Below are positions 16,284-25,825 of a stretch of 51,556 nt of DNA, one piece after another. Position 1 is the stretch's first letter, and every line of letters begins with the position of its first letter. Below the pieces are notes generated by a model. It did not search any database. It worked only from the letters and a program-made list of their open reading frames with translations, and was not told the origin of the DNA. A program made the position numbers and the translations under genes. Origin of the DNA: Candidatus Micrarchaeia archaeon (GTDB lineage Archaea; Micrarchaeota; Micrarchaeia; CABMEP01); contig JAVZRC010000005.1 in assembly GCA_038880755.1 (NCBI GenBank), positions 1 through 51,556 on the forward strand, written 5' to 3'.

Positions 16284-17954
16284 TCAAACCAATCTGCCTA
16301 ATTCAATTATCTTTGTTTCCCCACCTAATGTTGTTGATACAGATCTAAATGTAGAGATTGTCACAAATATAATTACTATGAAAACAAATATTGTAAATAC
16401 ATATGGAAACAGAATATTAGGAAGTACATCTGTTAAACCATAAAATGCCATTCCTGCAGCATATGGGGTAGCGAGATAATTTGTTACAGTGTAACCTGTT
16501 ATCTGACCAACTGCTCTTGCCGCGCCCTCTAATCCTCCCATACTTGCAGTTACAGCTAGATTCAAATATGAAATGTCATTAATTGGAGATTCTCCTGCAG
16601 TCCCCTTTAACTTGCACCATAAAATTGACCATAAGTTTTCTTGACATGGATCACCTAAATAAAACCTAACCTCTTCTGAAACAATTCTAACTTCCCTTTC
16701 TCTTATTTGCTTAGTAACCAATATTATTGAATGGACTTTATTGTTTGGAAATATATTCTCGTTATTTAATAAGTATTCAATGCTTCCGGATGAATTAACT
16801 TCTCCTTTCTGAATCTTTCTATAGCACTTTGAAACCTCCATTGTTTCCTCTCTACATGGCTCATCCGGACTTGGACAGAGTGAATAGGTTGTTCTTTCAG
16901 TTATTTTCCAATACATATAATCTTCTGGAGGTGGTTCTGGATTTTGGGGATTTTTTGATTCATAAATTGAACCCACTCCATTACATGAAACATCTCCCCA
17001 AATTGAGTAATTTAAAGGTGTGAAAACCTCCCAAAGAAATCTATCTGATTGATTTAAATAATATCTTCCCGCATCAGGCAAAAGTCTGAAAAACGGAATT
17101 GATACACTTTCGGGCTTATAATCTAATTGTCCTGCAGATATTGCAGCCTTTGTATCATCATACATCTTAGATGCAAATGCTAATGTCAATGGATATACTA
17201 TAAATAATGTTAACGACAATGCAATCAAGGTTGAACCTGCTTTTCTAGTAATCGGAAATGTACGAAGAAGAACCCCTGTTGGGAACAGTACTGGGAGCGC
17301 TGTATATTGTATGAAAAATAAAAGTTCTTTCTGTACAAAGAATGCTAGTAAGAAAGGCACTAATCCAGATAAAATGTTTGAAATAATATTTGAAATCATG
17401 CTGAATGGTGCCCCTAGACCTAATTCTAATTTAAGACCCGTGATTGCTTTTGCAAGATTAGCTATTCCAAAACCACCGAGACCTCCAGCTATTACACCAA
17501 CTCCGCCTGTTGTTAGTCCAGCAATCGACCCAACCATTGTTAGAAGCCAGGATAGTATCTTTGATAGATCAATCGTAAGTGTGCTTGCCCCACTATAAAC
17601 TATATTAAGCCCAAAAAGATAACTATATGCGTATGTCAAATCATCCTCAACCTTATCTAAAAAACTTTTTGCTAAAAAGAATGGATCACTGCCCGCATAC
17701 GCGATTGTTATAGATGTTATTGTCATAAGTAATGGGACTGTTAATAATAAAATTAATGCAGTAACTATAAACTCACTTAATTCTTTTCTTGCCCATCCTT
17801 TCAATTCGTTAGATTGAAATGCAGAAGAGAGCATCCAGGCCAAAGCACTTAAAGCTGCGGATAGAAGGAGTGCCATAATTGAAGTTGCAAACCAATCAGT
17901 GGTAAAAACTGTCCTTATTGATTGATCAACCATTTCCTGTAAAGTTATTACCAT
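16284..17954 (-). CDS. polytopic membrane protein, paralog 1, with Gly-zipper segment and ~200-aa extracellular insert
   Basis: Shared motifs ALAWMLSSAFQSNELKGWARKELSE, LFPTGVLLRTFPITRKAGSTLIALSLTLFIVYP, TLGGETKIIELGRLV. Confidence 0.7.
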   Translation of the reverse strand: MVITLQEMVDQSIRTVFTTDWFATSIMALLLSAALSALAWMLSSAFQSNELKGWARKELSEFIVTALILLLTVPLLMTITSITIAYAGSDPFFLAKSFLDKVEDDLTYAYSYLFGLNIVYSGASTLTIDLSKILSWLLTMVGSIAGLTTGGVGVIAGGLGGFGIANLAKAITGLKLELGLGAPFSMISNIISNILSGLVPFLLAFFVQKELLFFIQYTALPVLFPTGVLLRTFPITRKAGSTLIALSLTLFIVYPLTLAFASKMYDDTKAAISAGQLDYKPESVSIPFFRLLPDAGRYYLNQSDRFLWEVFTPLNYSIWGDVSCNGVGSIYESKNPQNPEPPPEDYMYWKITERTTYSLCPSPDEPCREETMEVSKCYRKIQKGEVNSSGSIEYLLNNENIFPNNKVHSIILVTKQIREREVRIVSEEVRFYLGDPCQENLWSILWCKLKGTAGESPINDISYLNLAVTASMGGLEGAARAVGQITGYTVTNYLATPYAAGMAFYGLTDVLPNILFPYVFTIFVFIVIIFVTISTFRSVSTTLGGETKIIELGRLV

Positions 17955-18107
17955 TATATCACATATTAAGTGCTGTTTTTGATAATTACATTTTATACAT
18001 TAGTAAAATAGAATTAAATTAATTTCTATTTATATATAAAAGTAGAAATAAACAAGATTGCAAGAAAGTATTAAAAATTAAATGGAATATTAAATTAAGG
18101 TGAACAT

Positions 18108-18548
18108 ATGGCTGAAATGTACAAAATAAAAAGAGATGTAAAAAAAGATGCGAAAAAAGAGGTTAGAAAAAGACTCGATATTCTGAAGTCAGTTCTTACA
18201 TTAATTAAAGGAAAGATCACCCCTGCTGAATACACACATGTGAAAAGATTGATGGCGGATGGAGTTGAAAGAGATGTGGTATTCGTACAAGGTTTATCAA
18301 CAGGAATAGAATTAGCTGCATTAAATGCAGATGATATAAAGATTATAATAAAAATATTCAAAAATGCAAAGAATAGAGGAAAGGATGGTAAACCTATCTT
18401 TGAAGATAAAGAAATAAAAACAATTGATGAGATATTAGAACATAGATTTCCTTTAATTGCTAGAAGGAAAATGATTGCTATAATAAAAAGAGCAGATAAT
18501 CTTCTCATTGATAGTTTAATAGGAACATTGGAAAAATTAGTTAAATAA
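18108..18548 (+). CDS. hypothetical basic helical protein
   Basis: 146-aa ORF with AAGGTGA SD and typical codon usage; no recognisable motif. Confidence 0.6.
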   Translation: MAEMYKIKRDVKKDAKKEVRKRLDILKSVLTLIKGKITPAEYTHVKRLMADGVERDVVFVQGLSTGIELAALNADDIKIIIKIFKNAKNRGKDGKPIFEDKEIKTIDEILEHRFPLIARRKMIAIIKRADNLLIDSLIGTLEKLVK

Positions 18549-18550
18549 TA

Positions 18551-19543
18551 TTATTTTATTTTTGAGAAATCAATAAATCTATTTTTTTCTGCTTCTTTAT
18601 CCCTTGACAAAAGAACAACTCTGGAATCTTTGTGCTCATCTGTTACTATATAACCTGTTTCTTTTGCTAATTTCTCTGCAAACTCTCTTATCTCTTCCAT
18701 ATATGGCATACCTGGCAAACCTATTCTTTTCCTTGAAAAACCAACTGCCATATATGCCTTTACCTCTACGTAATGAGGTTGTGCAATCTTTATCAATTCC
18801 GCATATTTTTCAGGATATTTTAAATTTAGTCCTTTTATTAAAGTCATTCTTATAACTGTTCTCGTATATGTCCCTGCCTCTTTTAACAGCATCAAAGATG
18901 TAAGATATCTATCCCATCCGTCTTTATTTTTAGGTCTCATAATCTTTTCGAAACTTTCCTTATCATATCCACCCATTGAAAGATATAACTGTGTTGGAAA
19001 ATATTTCTCATCAATCATTTTCTTGATTGCACCCGGAACGCTTCCTGCAGTTACAATAAAAGTACTCATTCCTCTTCTATGGAATTCAGAAAGAAGTTCT
19101 TTTAATTTTGGATATGAGATAGGTTCACCAAGTACGCTTAATGCAACATGTTTAGGATTTTGTGCTTCTTTCCAAAGGTCTTTATTTACATTATAGTGTC
19201 CTCCAATTCCAGAAAGCAATTTGCGTTGTGCCTCAATCATCTGATCTATTATTTCTTTAGGCTCATCCCACTGATCTATTTTATCTGAAAATATTGAATC
19301 CGTATCTGCTTCAACTTCACCTGGTTGGGCTCTCCAGCAGAATATGCATTGATTAAAACAGAAAGGAGTGGTTGTACATTGCAAACATTGATTGCTTCTT
19401 ATCCCATAAAACTTATTCTTATAGCACCATTGATCTTTTGTCATTGAAGACTGGGTGTAATGACATATCTTTACGAGTGAATGCCTTCCTGCAAACCTGT
19501 ATTTCTGCTTTCTGAGTAGCGACTTTAGTCTGTCTGAAATCAT
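18551..19543 (-). CDS. taw1: 4-demethylwyosine synthase Tyw1/Taw1 (radical SAM)
   Basis: GRHSLVKICHY, CYKNKFYGIRSNQCLQC, CFNQCIFCWR (CxxxCxxC), HVALS..GEP, YVEVKAYMAVGFSRKR. Confidence 0.93.
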   Translation of the reverse strand: MISDRLKSLLRKQKYRFAGRHSLVKICHYTQSSMTKDQWCYKNKFYGIRSNQCLQCTTTPFCFNQCIFCWRAQPGEVEADTDSIFSDKIDQWDEPKEIIDQMIEAQRKLLSGIGGHYNVNKDLWKEAQNPKHVALSVLGEPISYPKLKELLSEFHRRGMSTFIVTAGSVPGAIKKMIDEKYFPTQLYLSMGGYDKESFEKIMRPKNKDGWDRYLTSLMLLKEAGTYTRTVIRMTLIKGLNLKYPEKYAELIKIAQPHYVEVKAYMAVGFSRKRIGLPGMPYMEEIREFAEKLAKETGYIVTDEHKDSRVVLLSRDKEAEKNRFIDFSKIK

Positions 19544-19617
19544 ATAATCACTAGAATAAGCGAGAATAATAAGATTACTATATTCAAATTTAAATAATTA
19601 TCTACAGAAAAAGATGT

Positions 19618-20022
19618 ATGCATGAAATTGTAGTCAAATCTGAAAGAAAAAATGAAATAATAAATATAACTAAAGAAGTAGAAGAAATTGTAAGAAAAGA
19701 ATCAAAAGAAAAGAAGATAGATGAAGGGATTTGTCTTGTCTATGTTCCGCATGCAACTGCAGCATTAACTATAAATGAAAATTGGGATCCTTCTGTATGT
19801 GATGATTTTATTGATTGTTTATCTAAAATAATACCTGAAGGAAAATGGAAACATGATAAAATAGATGGAAATGGGGCTTCACATATAAAATCTGCAATTA
19901 TAGGCCCTAGTGTTACTATACCTTTTAAAAATGGTAAACTTCTTTTAGGAACATGGCAAGGTATAATGCTATGTGAATTTGATGGACCTAGGGAAAGAAA
20001 GGTTATAGTGTTCTGTAAATAA
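19618..20022 (+). CDS. yjbQ: YjbQ/UPF0047 family protein
   Basis: PHATAALTINE, DGNGASHIKS, LGTWQGIMLCEFDGPRER motifs. Confidence 0.92.
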   Translation: MHEIVVKSERKNEIINITKEVEEIVRKESKEKKIDEGICLVYVPHATAALTINENWDPSVCDDFIDCLSKIIPEGKWKHDKIDGNGASHIKSAIIGPSVTIPFKNGKLLLGTWQGIMLCEFDGPRERKVIVFCK

Positions 20023-20031
20023 GTTATAGAA

Positions 20032-20505
20032 TTATGATTTTATTCTCTCTTTAAGTATTTTGTAGGCCTTTTTAAGTAGGTTCTTGTTTGTATCATGAGT
20101 AAGAAGCTTTAATGCTTCATTATAGCTTACCCATCTATATTCATCGTGTTCAAGAACAGCGTTTCCTTTTATAGATACTGGGCCATTGTATTCAACCAAA
20201 AAAGATTGGAATTCCATTCTCGTATATTTGTATTTTTTAACATAATCTTTTGGTGTCTTAAATTTAAGCTTGAATGGCAATGGAATTAATGTTCCTAACT
20301 TCTTCGGATCTGCATGAATCTCTTCTCTTAATTCTCTCATTAGATTATGCATAGGTCTTTCTCTTCCAATTCTTCCCCCTTTCAGCATTTCCCAACCGTT
20401 CCATCTTTTAATTCTATGAAGGAGCAAAAATTCTGGCTCGTTGCCTTTCAGTCTGAAAACTATAGCACTTATTCCTTTTCTCACTTTTTCTTTACTCTTA
20501 GCCAT
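20032..20505 (-). CDS. NUDIX hydrolase
   Basis: Nudix box G-x5-E-x7-RELREE; EHDEYRWVS motif. Confidence 0.88.
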   Translation of the reverse strand: MAKSKEKVRKGISAIVFRLKGNEPEFLLLHRIKRWNGWEMLKGGRIGRERPMHNLMRELREEIHADPKKLGTLIPLPFKLKFKTPKDYVKKYKYTRMEFQSFLVEYNGPVSIKGNAVLEHDEYRWVSYNEALKLLTHDTNKNLLKKAYKILKERIKS

Positions 20506-20556
20506 AAATAAAATATTAAAAGAATCTTATTTAAACCTAACTTGATATAATTACTT

Positions 20557-21702
20557 ATGCCAATAACTATTTTCCTTGAAGATGGAAAGTTTAAAGTGAA
20601 AAATCCTGAAGACTATGAAGCATTAAGAAGATCTTACTACGGCGAAAAAGGCAAAGGAGAAATAGTTATAACTCCAGAGGAGGCAATGTATCTAATGGAA
20701 GTTAGAAATGCTGTTTGCATAGAAAATGGAAAGGAAATCACCTTCTCGCAGATAGCAGATAGATTCAATAAGGAAAAGATGTTTGCAGAATACATGACAT
20801 TTCGCGATTGGAGAGAAAGAGGATTGATAATTAAAAAATATAGGAAAGAAGGCAAATATGAGAAGAATCCGACTGTGAAATATCCAAGCAAGGAAACAAA
20901 ATTCCCAAAAATTCAAGCTGAAGCAATATTCTTCAAAGACGATAAAATGGCAATATTAGAAAATGAAGAGATTGGAAAGGAGCTTTATAATAATTATTGG
21001 ATAGGACAATATGGTTCATACAAGGCTGAAGGAAGAGGAAAGTTCCTAAAGTTAGATAAGTTTGAGACATATTTTCTTGTTAAGAATTGTGGGCTGAAAC
21101 TGATTAATTTAACTGAAAAGGAATTGGAAAAAATATTGAAGGAAGAAAACGATTTCGAATCAATGTATAATGTTTATGAAGACTGGAGAATGAATGGATT
21201 TGTAGTGAAGACTGGCTTCAAGTTCGGAACCCATTTCAGAATATATTTCCCTGGTGCATTGCCAGGAAAAGGAAAAGATTGGACTCATTCAAAGCATGTT
21301 CTCCATGTATTTCCAAGAGAAAAAAGAATGATAATTGCTGAATGGGCAAGAGCAATAAGGGTTGCACATGGGGTAAGAAAAACTTTCATACTTGCAATAC
21401 CTGGAAAGAAAACAAAATTAGAAAAAGGAATGATAAGCTTCTTATTATATCATAGAAAAAACAACAATATTGAAACACCTGAAAGGGACAGCCCCTCCTT
21501 TGCGCTTGTATCGCTTAGCGAGGATGAGATGATCGGAGGGAATGAACTCGCATCTGCAATAGAAGAAGCAAAGGAGATTGGATTGGATGTCATGCTTGGA
21601 ATAGTGGATAGGGAGACCTCTGTCACATATTACAGAGTTAAAAGAATAAACTTGCCTAAAAGCAAGTATGAATACTATGAAATAGAATGGGCACAGCCGT
21701 AA
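20557..21702 (+). CDS. endA: tRNA-intron endonuclease, three-unit epsilon2-like architecture
   Basis: KTGFKFGTHFRIY, HSKH and VAHGVRK catalytic Y/H/K motifs; N-terminal partial unit (TPEEAMYL; FRDWRERG); GSYKAEGR loop. Confidence 0.9.
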   Translation: MPITIFLEDGKFKVKNPEDYEALRRSYYGEKGKGEIVITPEEAMYLMEVRNAVCIENGKEITFSQIADRFNKEKMFAEYMTFRDWRERGLIIKKYRKEGKYEKNPTVKYPSKETKFPKIQAEAIFFKDDKMAILENEEIGKELYNNYWIGQYGSYKAEGRGKFLKLDKFETYFLVKNCGLKLINLTEKELEKILKEENDFESMYNVYEDWRMNGFVVKTGFKFGTHFRIYFPGALPGKGKDWTHSKHVLHVFPREKRMIIAEWARAIRVAHGVRKTFILAIPGKKTKLEKGMISFLLYHRKNNNIETPERDSPSFALVSLSEDEMIGGNELASAIEEAKEIGLDVMLGIVDRETSVTYYRVKRINLPKSKYEYYEIEWAQP

Positions 21703-21739
21703 CAGCTGTAAATAATTAATAGATAAACTAAGTGATAAG

Positions 21740-23047
21740 ATGAACATTGGAGAAGGAATAAGAAAAGCACTTGCAAAGATAACTGGAAAAGCGATAATAG
21801 ATGAAAGTGCTGTTAAATCAATGATAAAAGAGATACAAAGAGCGCTTATACTTTCAGATGTGAATATAGAGCTAGTGTACAAGCTTTCAAAGCAGATAGA
21901 AAATCGTTCTCTTCATGAAAAACCTCCTGCTGGAAGAAGTATGAGCGAACACATCCATGCAATTGTGTATGAAGAACTCACTAAGATTATGGGGGAGGGA
22001 AGAAAGCTCGAGCTAAAACCTCAAAAGATAATGATGTGTGGTTTGTTCGGGTCGGGAAAGACGACGCAGATAGGGAAGGTTGCTTATTATCTGAAGCAAA
22101 GAGGAATGAGCGTTGGTGTTATTGCAGCTGACATGATGAGGCCTGCAGCATATGAACAGCTTGAACAGCTTTCAAAGCAGGTAGGCTGCAACTTTTATGG
22201 AAGAAAAGGGGAAGGCGTCAAAGCTAAGGATGTTGTCAAAGAAGGTATTGAAAAGCTAAAGAATGACGTTATAATCATAGATACATCTGGAAGAGATGCG
22301 CTTGATGATGAACTAATAGCTGAATTAAGAGAGATAAATGAAGTCGCAAAGCCTGATGAGAGAATACTTGTAATATCGGCTGACATAGGACAGGTTGCAA
22401 AGAAGCAGGCTGAAGAATTCAATAATGCAGTTGGACTAACTGGAGTTATAATAACAAAAATGGATGGAAGCGGTAAAGGTGGTGGAGCGCTTACAGCATG
22501 TGCAACTGCAGGCGTGAAAGTTATATTCATAGGAGTAGGAGAAAAGATAGGAGACATAGAGGAATTCAACCCATCTAAATTTGTTGGAAGGCTTTTAGGA
22601 GTACCTGACTTTGAGGCTTTGATTGAAAAAGTTAAAGCTGCAGTACCCGAGGGAATGGAAGAGATGCCTGAAGAATTCACTATTGAAACTTTCTACAAAC
22701 AATTAAAGGCTGCAAGAAATATGGGTCCCTTAAAAGGACTATTTGAGACAATGGGAATGGTTAATGTACCTAAAGAAGTTCTTGACCAAGGGGAACAAAA
22801 AATGGACCAATATGAATCAATTATAGATTCGATGACTAAGGCTGAAAGAAAGAATCCAGATCTGGTTAGAAAAAGTCCTTCAAGAATAGAAAGAATTTCC
22901 AAAGGTTCGGGTGTACCTGCTTCTGTTGTAAAGGAATTTATAACCCAATTTGGCAAGATGAAAAAGATGTATGAACAGTTACAGAAGAATAAAGGTATGC
23001 AAAGAAATCTACAAAGACTATTCAAGGGAAAAGGATTCGGTTTCTAA
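21740..23047 (+). CDS. srp54: signal recognition particle protein SRP54
   Basis: NG-domain GTPase motifs GLFGSGKTT, DTSGR, TKMDGSGKGGGAL; Met-rich M domain with IIDSMT..ER..P...SRIERI.KGSG. Confidence 0.96.
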   Translation: MNIGEGIRKALAKITGKAIIDESAVKSMIKEIQRALILSDVNIELVYKLSKQIENRSLHEKPPAGRSMSEHIHAIVYEELTKIMGEGRKLELKPQKIMMCGLFGSGKTTQIGKVAYYLKQRGMSVGVIAADMMRPAAYEQLEQLSKQVGCNFYGRKGEGVKAKDVVKEGIEKLKNDVIIIDTSGRDALDDELIAELREINEVAKPDERILVISADIGQVAKKQAEEFNNAVGLTGVIITKMDGSGKGGGALTACATAGVKVIFIGVGEKIGDIEEFNPSKFVGRLLGVPDFEALIEKVKAAVPEGMEEMPEEFTIETFYKQLKAARNMGPLKGLFETMGMVNVPKEVLDQGEQKMDQYESIIDSMTKAERKNPDLVRKSPSRIERISKGSGVPASVVKEFITQFGKMKKMYEQLQKNKGMQRNLQRLFKGKGFGF

Positions 23048-23051
23048 TTAA

Positions 23052-25700
23052 TTAAGATACCTTCAATTGTTTTTGAATTTCCTTACTCTTCAAGGATTTG
23101 GCTAATTCAATGTATAGGAATCCGACTAAAGACATCGACACTATTGCAGCTAATTCCAATATAGTAAGTGGTTTTGTATCAAATAAAATCTGCATTGGTT
23201 CAAAATATAAAATTGACATTTGAAGAATAAGTGCTATAGCGGCAGCAAGTAATAAATATCTGTTCTTAAGAATTTCTTTTCCTACTGGTTTTTCTAGAGA
23301 CCTGCATGCAAAAGACTGAAATATCTCGAATAGCACAACCAATGTGAATACCACAGTCTGTGCTTTTATCAGGTCATTTGATGATTCTAGAACATAAATA
23401 AATGATGCAAGTGAAAAGAATGTCAGTATTATAGGATAGTGAATCAGATATATTTCCAAACCACTAGTTATATCTTCTTTTGGCGACCTTGGTTTTCTAT
23501 TCATAACCTCTTTAGAGATCGGATCAACAGAAAGCGCTAATGCTGGCAGACCATCTGTTACCAGATTTATCCATAATATCTGTATTGCAACCAAAGGTAG
23601 AGGGAGGCCTATAAGTATTGCTAGAAATATTATGAAAACTTCAGCTATATTCCCTGAAAGTAGAAATGCAATCGTCTTTCTTATATTTTCGTAAATTCCT
23701 CTTCCTTGTTCCACAGCATTAACTATTGTTGCAAAGTTGTCATCTGAAATTACAAGATCTGCAACCTCTCTAGTTACATCGGTTCCAGTCTGTCCCATTG
23801 CTACTCCAACATCCGCAGCCTTCAAAGCTGGAGCATCGTTTATTCCATCTCCAGTCATTGCTACTATTTCTCCATTTTCTTTGAGTATTTTCGTTATCCT
23901 AACCTTATGCTCTGGGGATGCCCTTGCAAATATTTTTATGTCAGGCATCATTTTCTTCAATTCTGCATCGCTTATCTTATCCAACTCTGCACCAGTGATT
24001 GCAAGACCATTATCCATAATGCCTAATTCTTTTCCTATCGCAATTGCAGTCTCTTTATGATCGCCTGTTATCATTATCACATCTATTCCTGCTTTCTTAC
24101 AGGTTGCGATTGCATGCTTAACTTCTGGCCTTGGTGGGTCTATCATAGCTTGAATGCCAAGGAAAACGAGCTTGTCTTCTACTATTTTGTTGGAAGATGT
24201 AATCTTCATTGCAAATGCTAAAACTCTGAAGCTTGATGATGCATATTCTTTTTCCTTATTTAATATCATCTTCTTATGCTGATTTGTCAACTTTACTATT
24301 TTTCCTTCTTTCATTACGTATGTGCATCTTTCAAGCACCTTTTCAGTTGCACCTTTTGTCCATATCACATTCTTTGATTTGTCATACTTATAGAGTACGG
24401 ACATCATTTTTCTTTCTGAGTCGAATTGAATCTCATCTAGCCTGTTTTTTTCTGATCTATCATCTTCTAATCCTGCTTTGTATGCAGATAAAAGTAATGC
24501 GATTTCAGTTGGATCACCCACTGGCTCGCCATTTATGAATGCATTATTGCAATAAAGACCTGATTTTAGAGTTAGTTTTAATTCTTCTGGAACTTTGTCT
24601 ATCTCTTTTCCTTTGAGCAAAATCTTTCCTTCTTTTTTGTATCCCTCACCTGTAACATTATACTCTTTACCAATATTCCATATTCTCTTTACTGTCATTT
24701 CATTTACAGTTAAAGTACCTGTCTTATCCGTACATATAACTGTAACACTTCCCAATCCCTCAACTGCAGTTAGTTTTCTTACTATTGCCTTATGTTTGGC
24801 CATTGTAGCTACCCCTAGAGACAATGCTATCGTTATAGATGCAAGTAATCCCTCAGGAACTGCTGCAACAGCCAGAGAAATGGCGGTTATTGCGATTGTT
24901 ATAAATTCAATTCCATTTATTAAACCTAAAATAAAAACTGTGAAACAAATAAAAAGAAAAACCTTACCTATAAACTTTCCAAATTCATCAAGTTTTCTTT
25001 GTAATGGAGTGATTTCCTCTCCTTGCTGTATAGAAAGTGCTATCTTCCCAAACTCAGTATTCATACCTGTTGAAACCACAACTGCTTCACATCTTCCATA
25101 TACTACAGATGTACCCATGAACAACATATTTGATTGATTTTGAATTGGTTGCGGAGATTTCATTTGTTCTGAAGATTTTGAAACTGGAATGGACTCTCCA
25201 GTAAGCACTGATTCATCTACTTTAAGGTTTATTTGGCTTAGGATTCTACAATCTGCAGGCACTTTATCTCCTGTATCCAAAATCACAATATCTCCAGGGA
25301 CAAGCTCCCTTGAAGATATATTCTTTACCTCTTTATCTCTTAATACTTTAACAACAGGCACTGTAAGTTTTTTTAAGGCTGTTATCGCTTCCTCTGCTTT
25401 CTTTATTTGAATAAACCCTAAAAATGCATTAAGAAAGATTATTATCAATATCAGCGTTCCATCTATATATTCTCCAAATGCAAAAGAGAGTATCACTGCT
25501 ACTATAAGAATTATAATAAGGAAGCTTTTGAATTGATCTATAAAAATTTCAATGTCTGTTTTTTTCCTTTTTTCTTGTATTTCATTATATCCATATTTTG
25601 AGAGTCTTGCCTTTGCTTCAGAAGAAGTTAGTCCTTCTTTAGATGTATTCAAAATATCTAGTGTTTGATTAACTGAAAGTAGATGAAATGCTTCAGGCAT
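23052..25700 (-). CDS. P-type cation-transporting ATPase (type II, Ca2+/PacL-like)
   Basis: TGES, VPEGL, DKTGTLT, KGA, MITGD, TGDGINDAPAL, NLVTDGLPAL motifs. Confidence 0.96.
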   Translation of the reverse strand: MPEAFHLLSVNQTLDILNTSKEGLTSSEAKARLSKYGYNEIQEKRKKTDIEIFIDQFKSFLIIILIVAVILSFAFGEYIDGTLILIIIFLNAFLGFIQIKKAEEAITALKKLTVPVVKVLRDKEVKNISSRELVPGDIVILDTGDKVPADCRILSQINLKVDESVLTGESIPVSKSSEQMKSPQPIQNQSNMLFMGTSVVYGRCEAVVVSTGMNTEFGKIALSIQQGEEITPLQRKLDEFGKFIGKVFLFICFTVFILGLINGIEFITIAITAISLAVAAVPEGLLASITIALSLGVATMAKHKAIVRKLTAVEGLGSVTVICTDKTGTLTVNEMTVKRIWNIGKEYNVTGEGYKKEGKILLKGKEIDKVPEELKLTLKSGLYCNNAFINGEPVGDPTEIALLLSAYKAGLEDDRSEKNRLDEIQFDSERKMMSVLYKYDKSKNVIWTKGATEKVLERCTYVMKEGKIVKLTNQHKKMILNKEKEYASSSFRVLAFAMKITSSNKIVEDKLVFLGIQAMIDPPRPEVKHAIATCKKAGIDVIMITGDHKETAIAIGKELGIMDNGLAITGAELDKISDAELKKMMPDIKIFARASPEHKVRITKILKENGEIVAMTGDGINDAPALKAADVGVAMGQTGTDVTREVADLVISDDNFATIVNAVEQGRGIYENIRKTIAFLLSGNIAEVFIIFLAILIGLPLPLVAIQILWINLVTDGLPALALSVDPISKEVMNRKPRSPKEDITSGLEIYLIHYPIILTFFSLASFIYVLESSNDLIKAQTVVFTLVVLFEIFQSFACRSLEKPVGKEILKNRYLLLAAAIALILQMSILYFEPMQILFDTKPLTILELAAIVSMSLVGFLYIELAKSLKSKEIQKQLKVS

Positions 25701-25825
25701 AAAAATATTTATTTAGCAATCTATAAAAAAGGATACTTTTTAAGATAAAAATCGAGTAAAAAAGATTTAAAAACATAGTGCAAGATAAAAAAATCTTTAT
25801 AAATGTAATTAGACATATTTTATAG

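Noticed and set aside
3224-18548. The membrane array as part of an integrated conjugative element or provirus inserted at tRNA-Ser
   Set aside because: No integrase, relaxase, replication or capsid gene, and no duplicated tRNA 3' end (att site) seen; housekeeping genes lie between the tRNA and the array.
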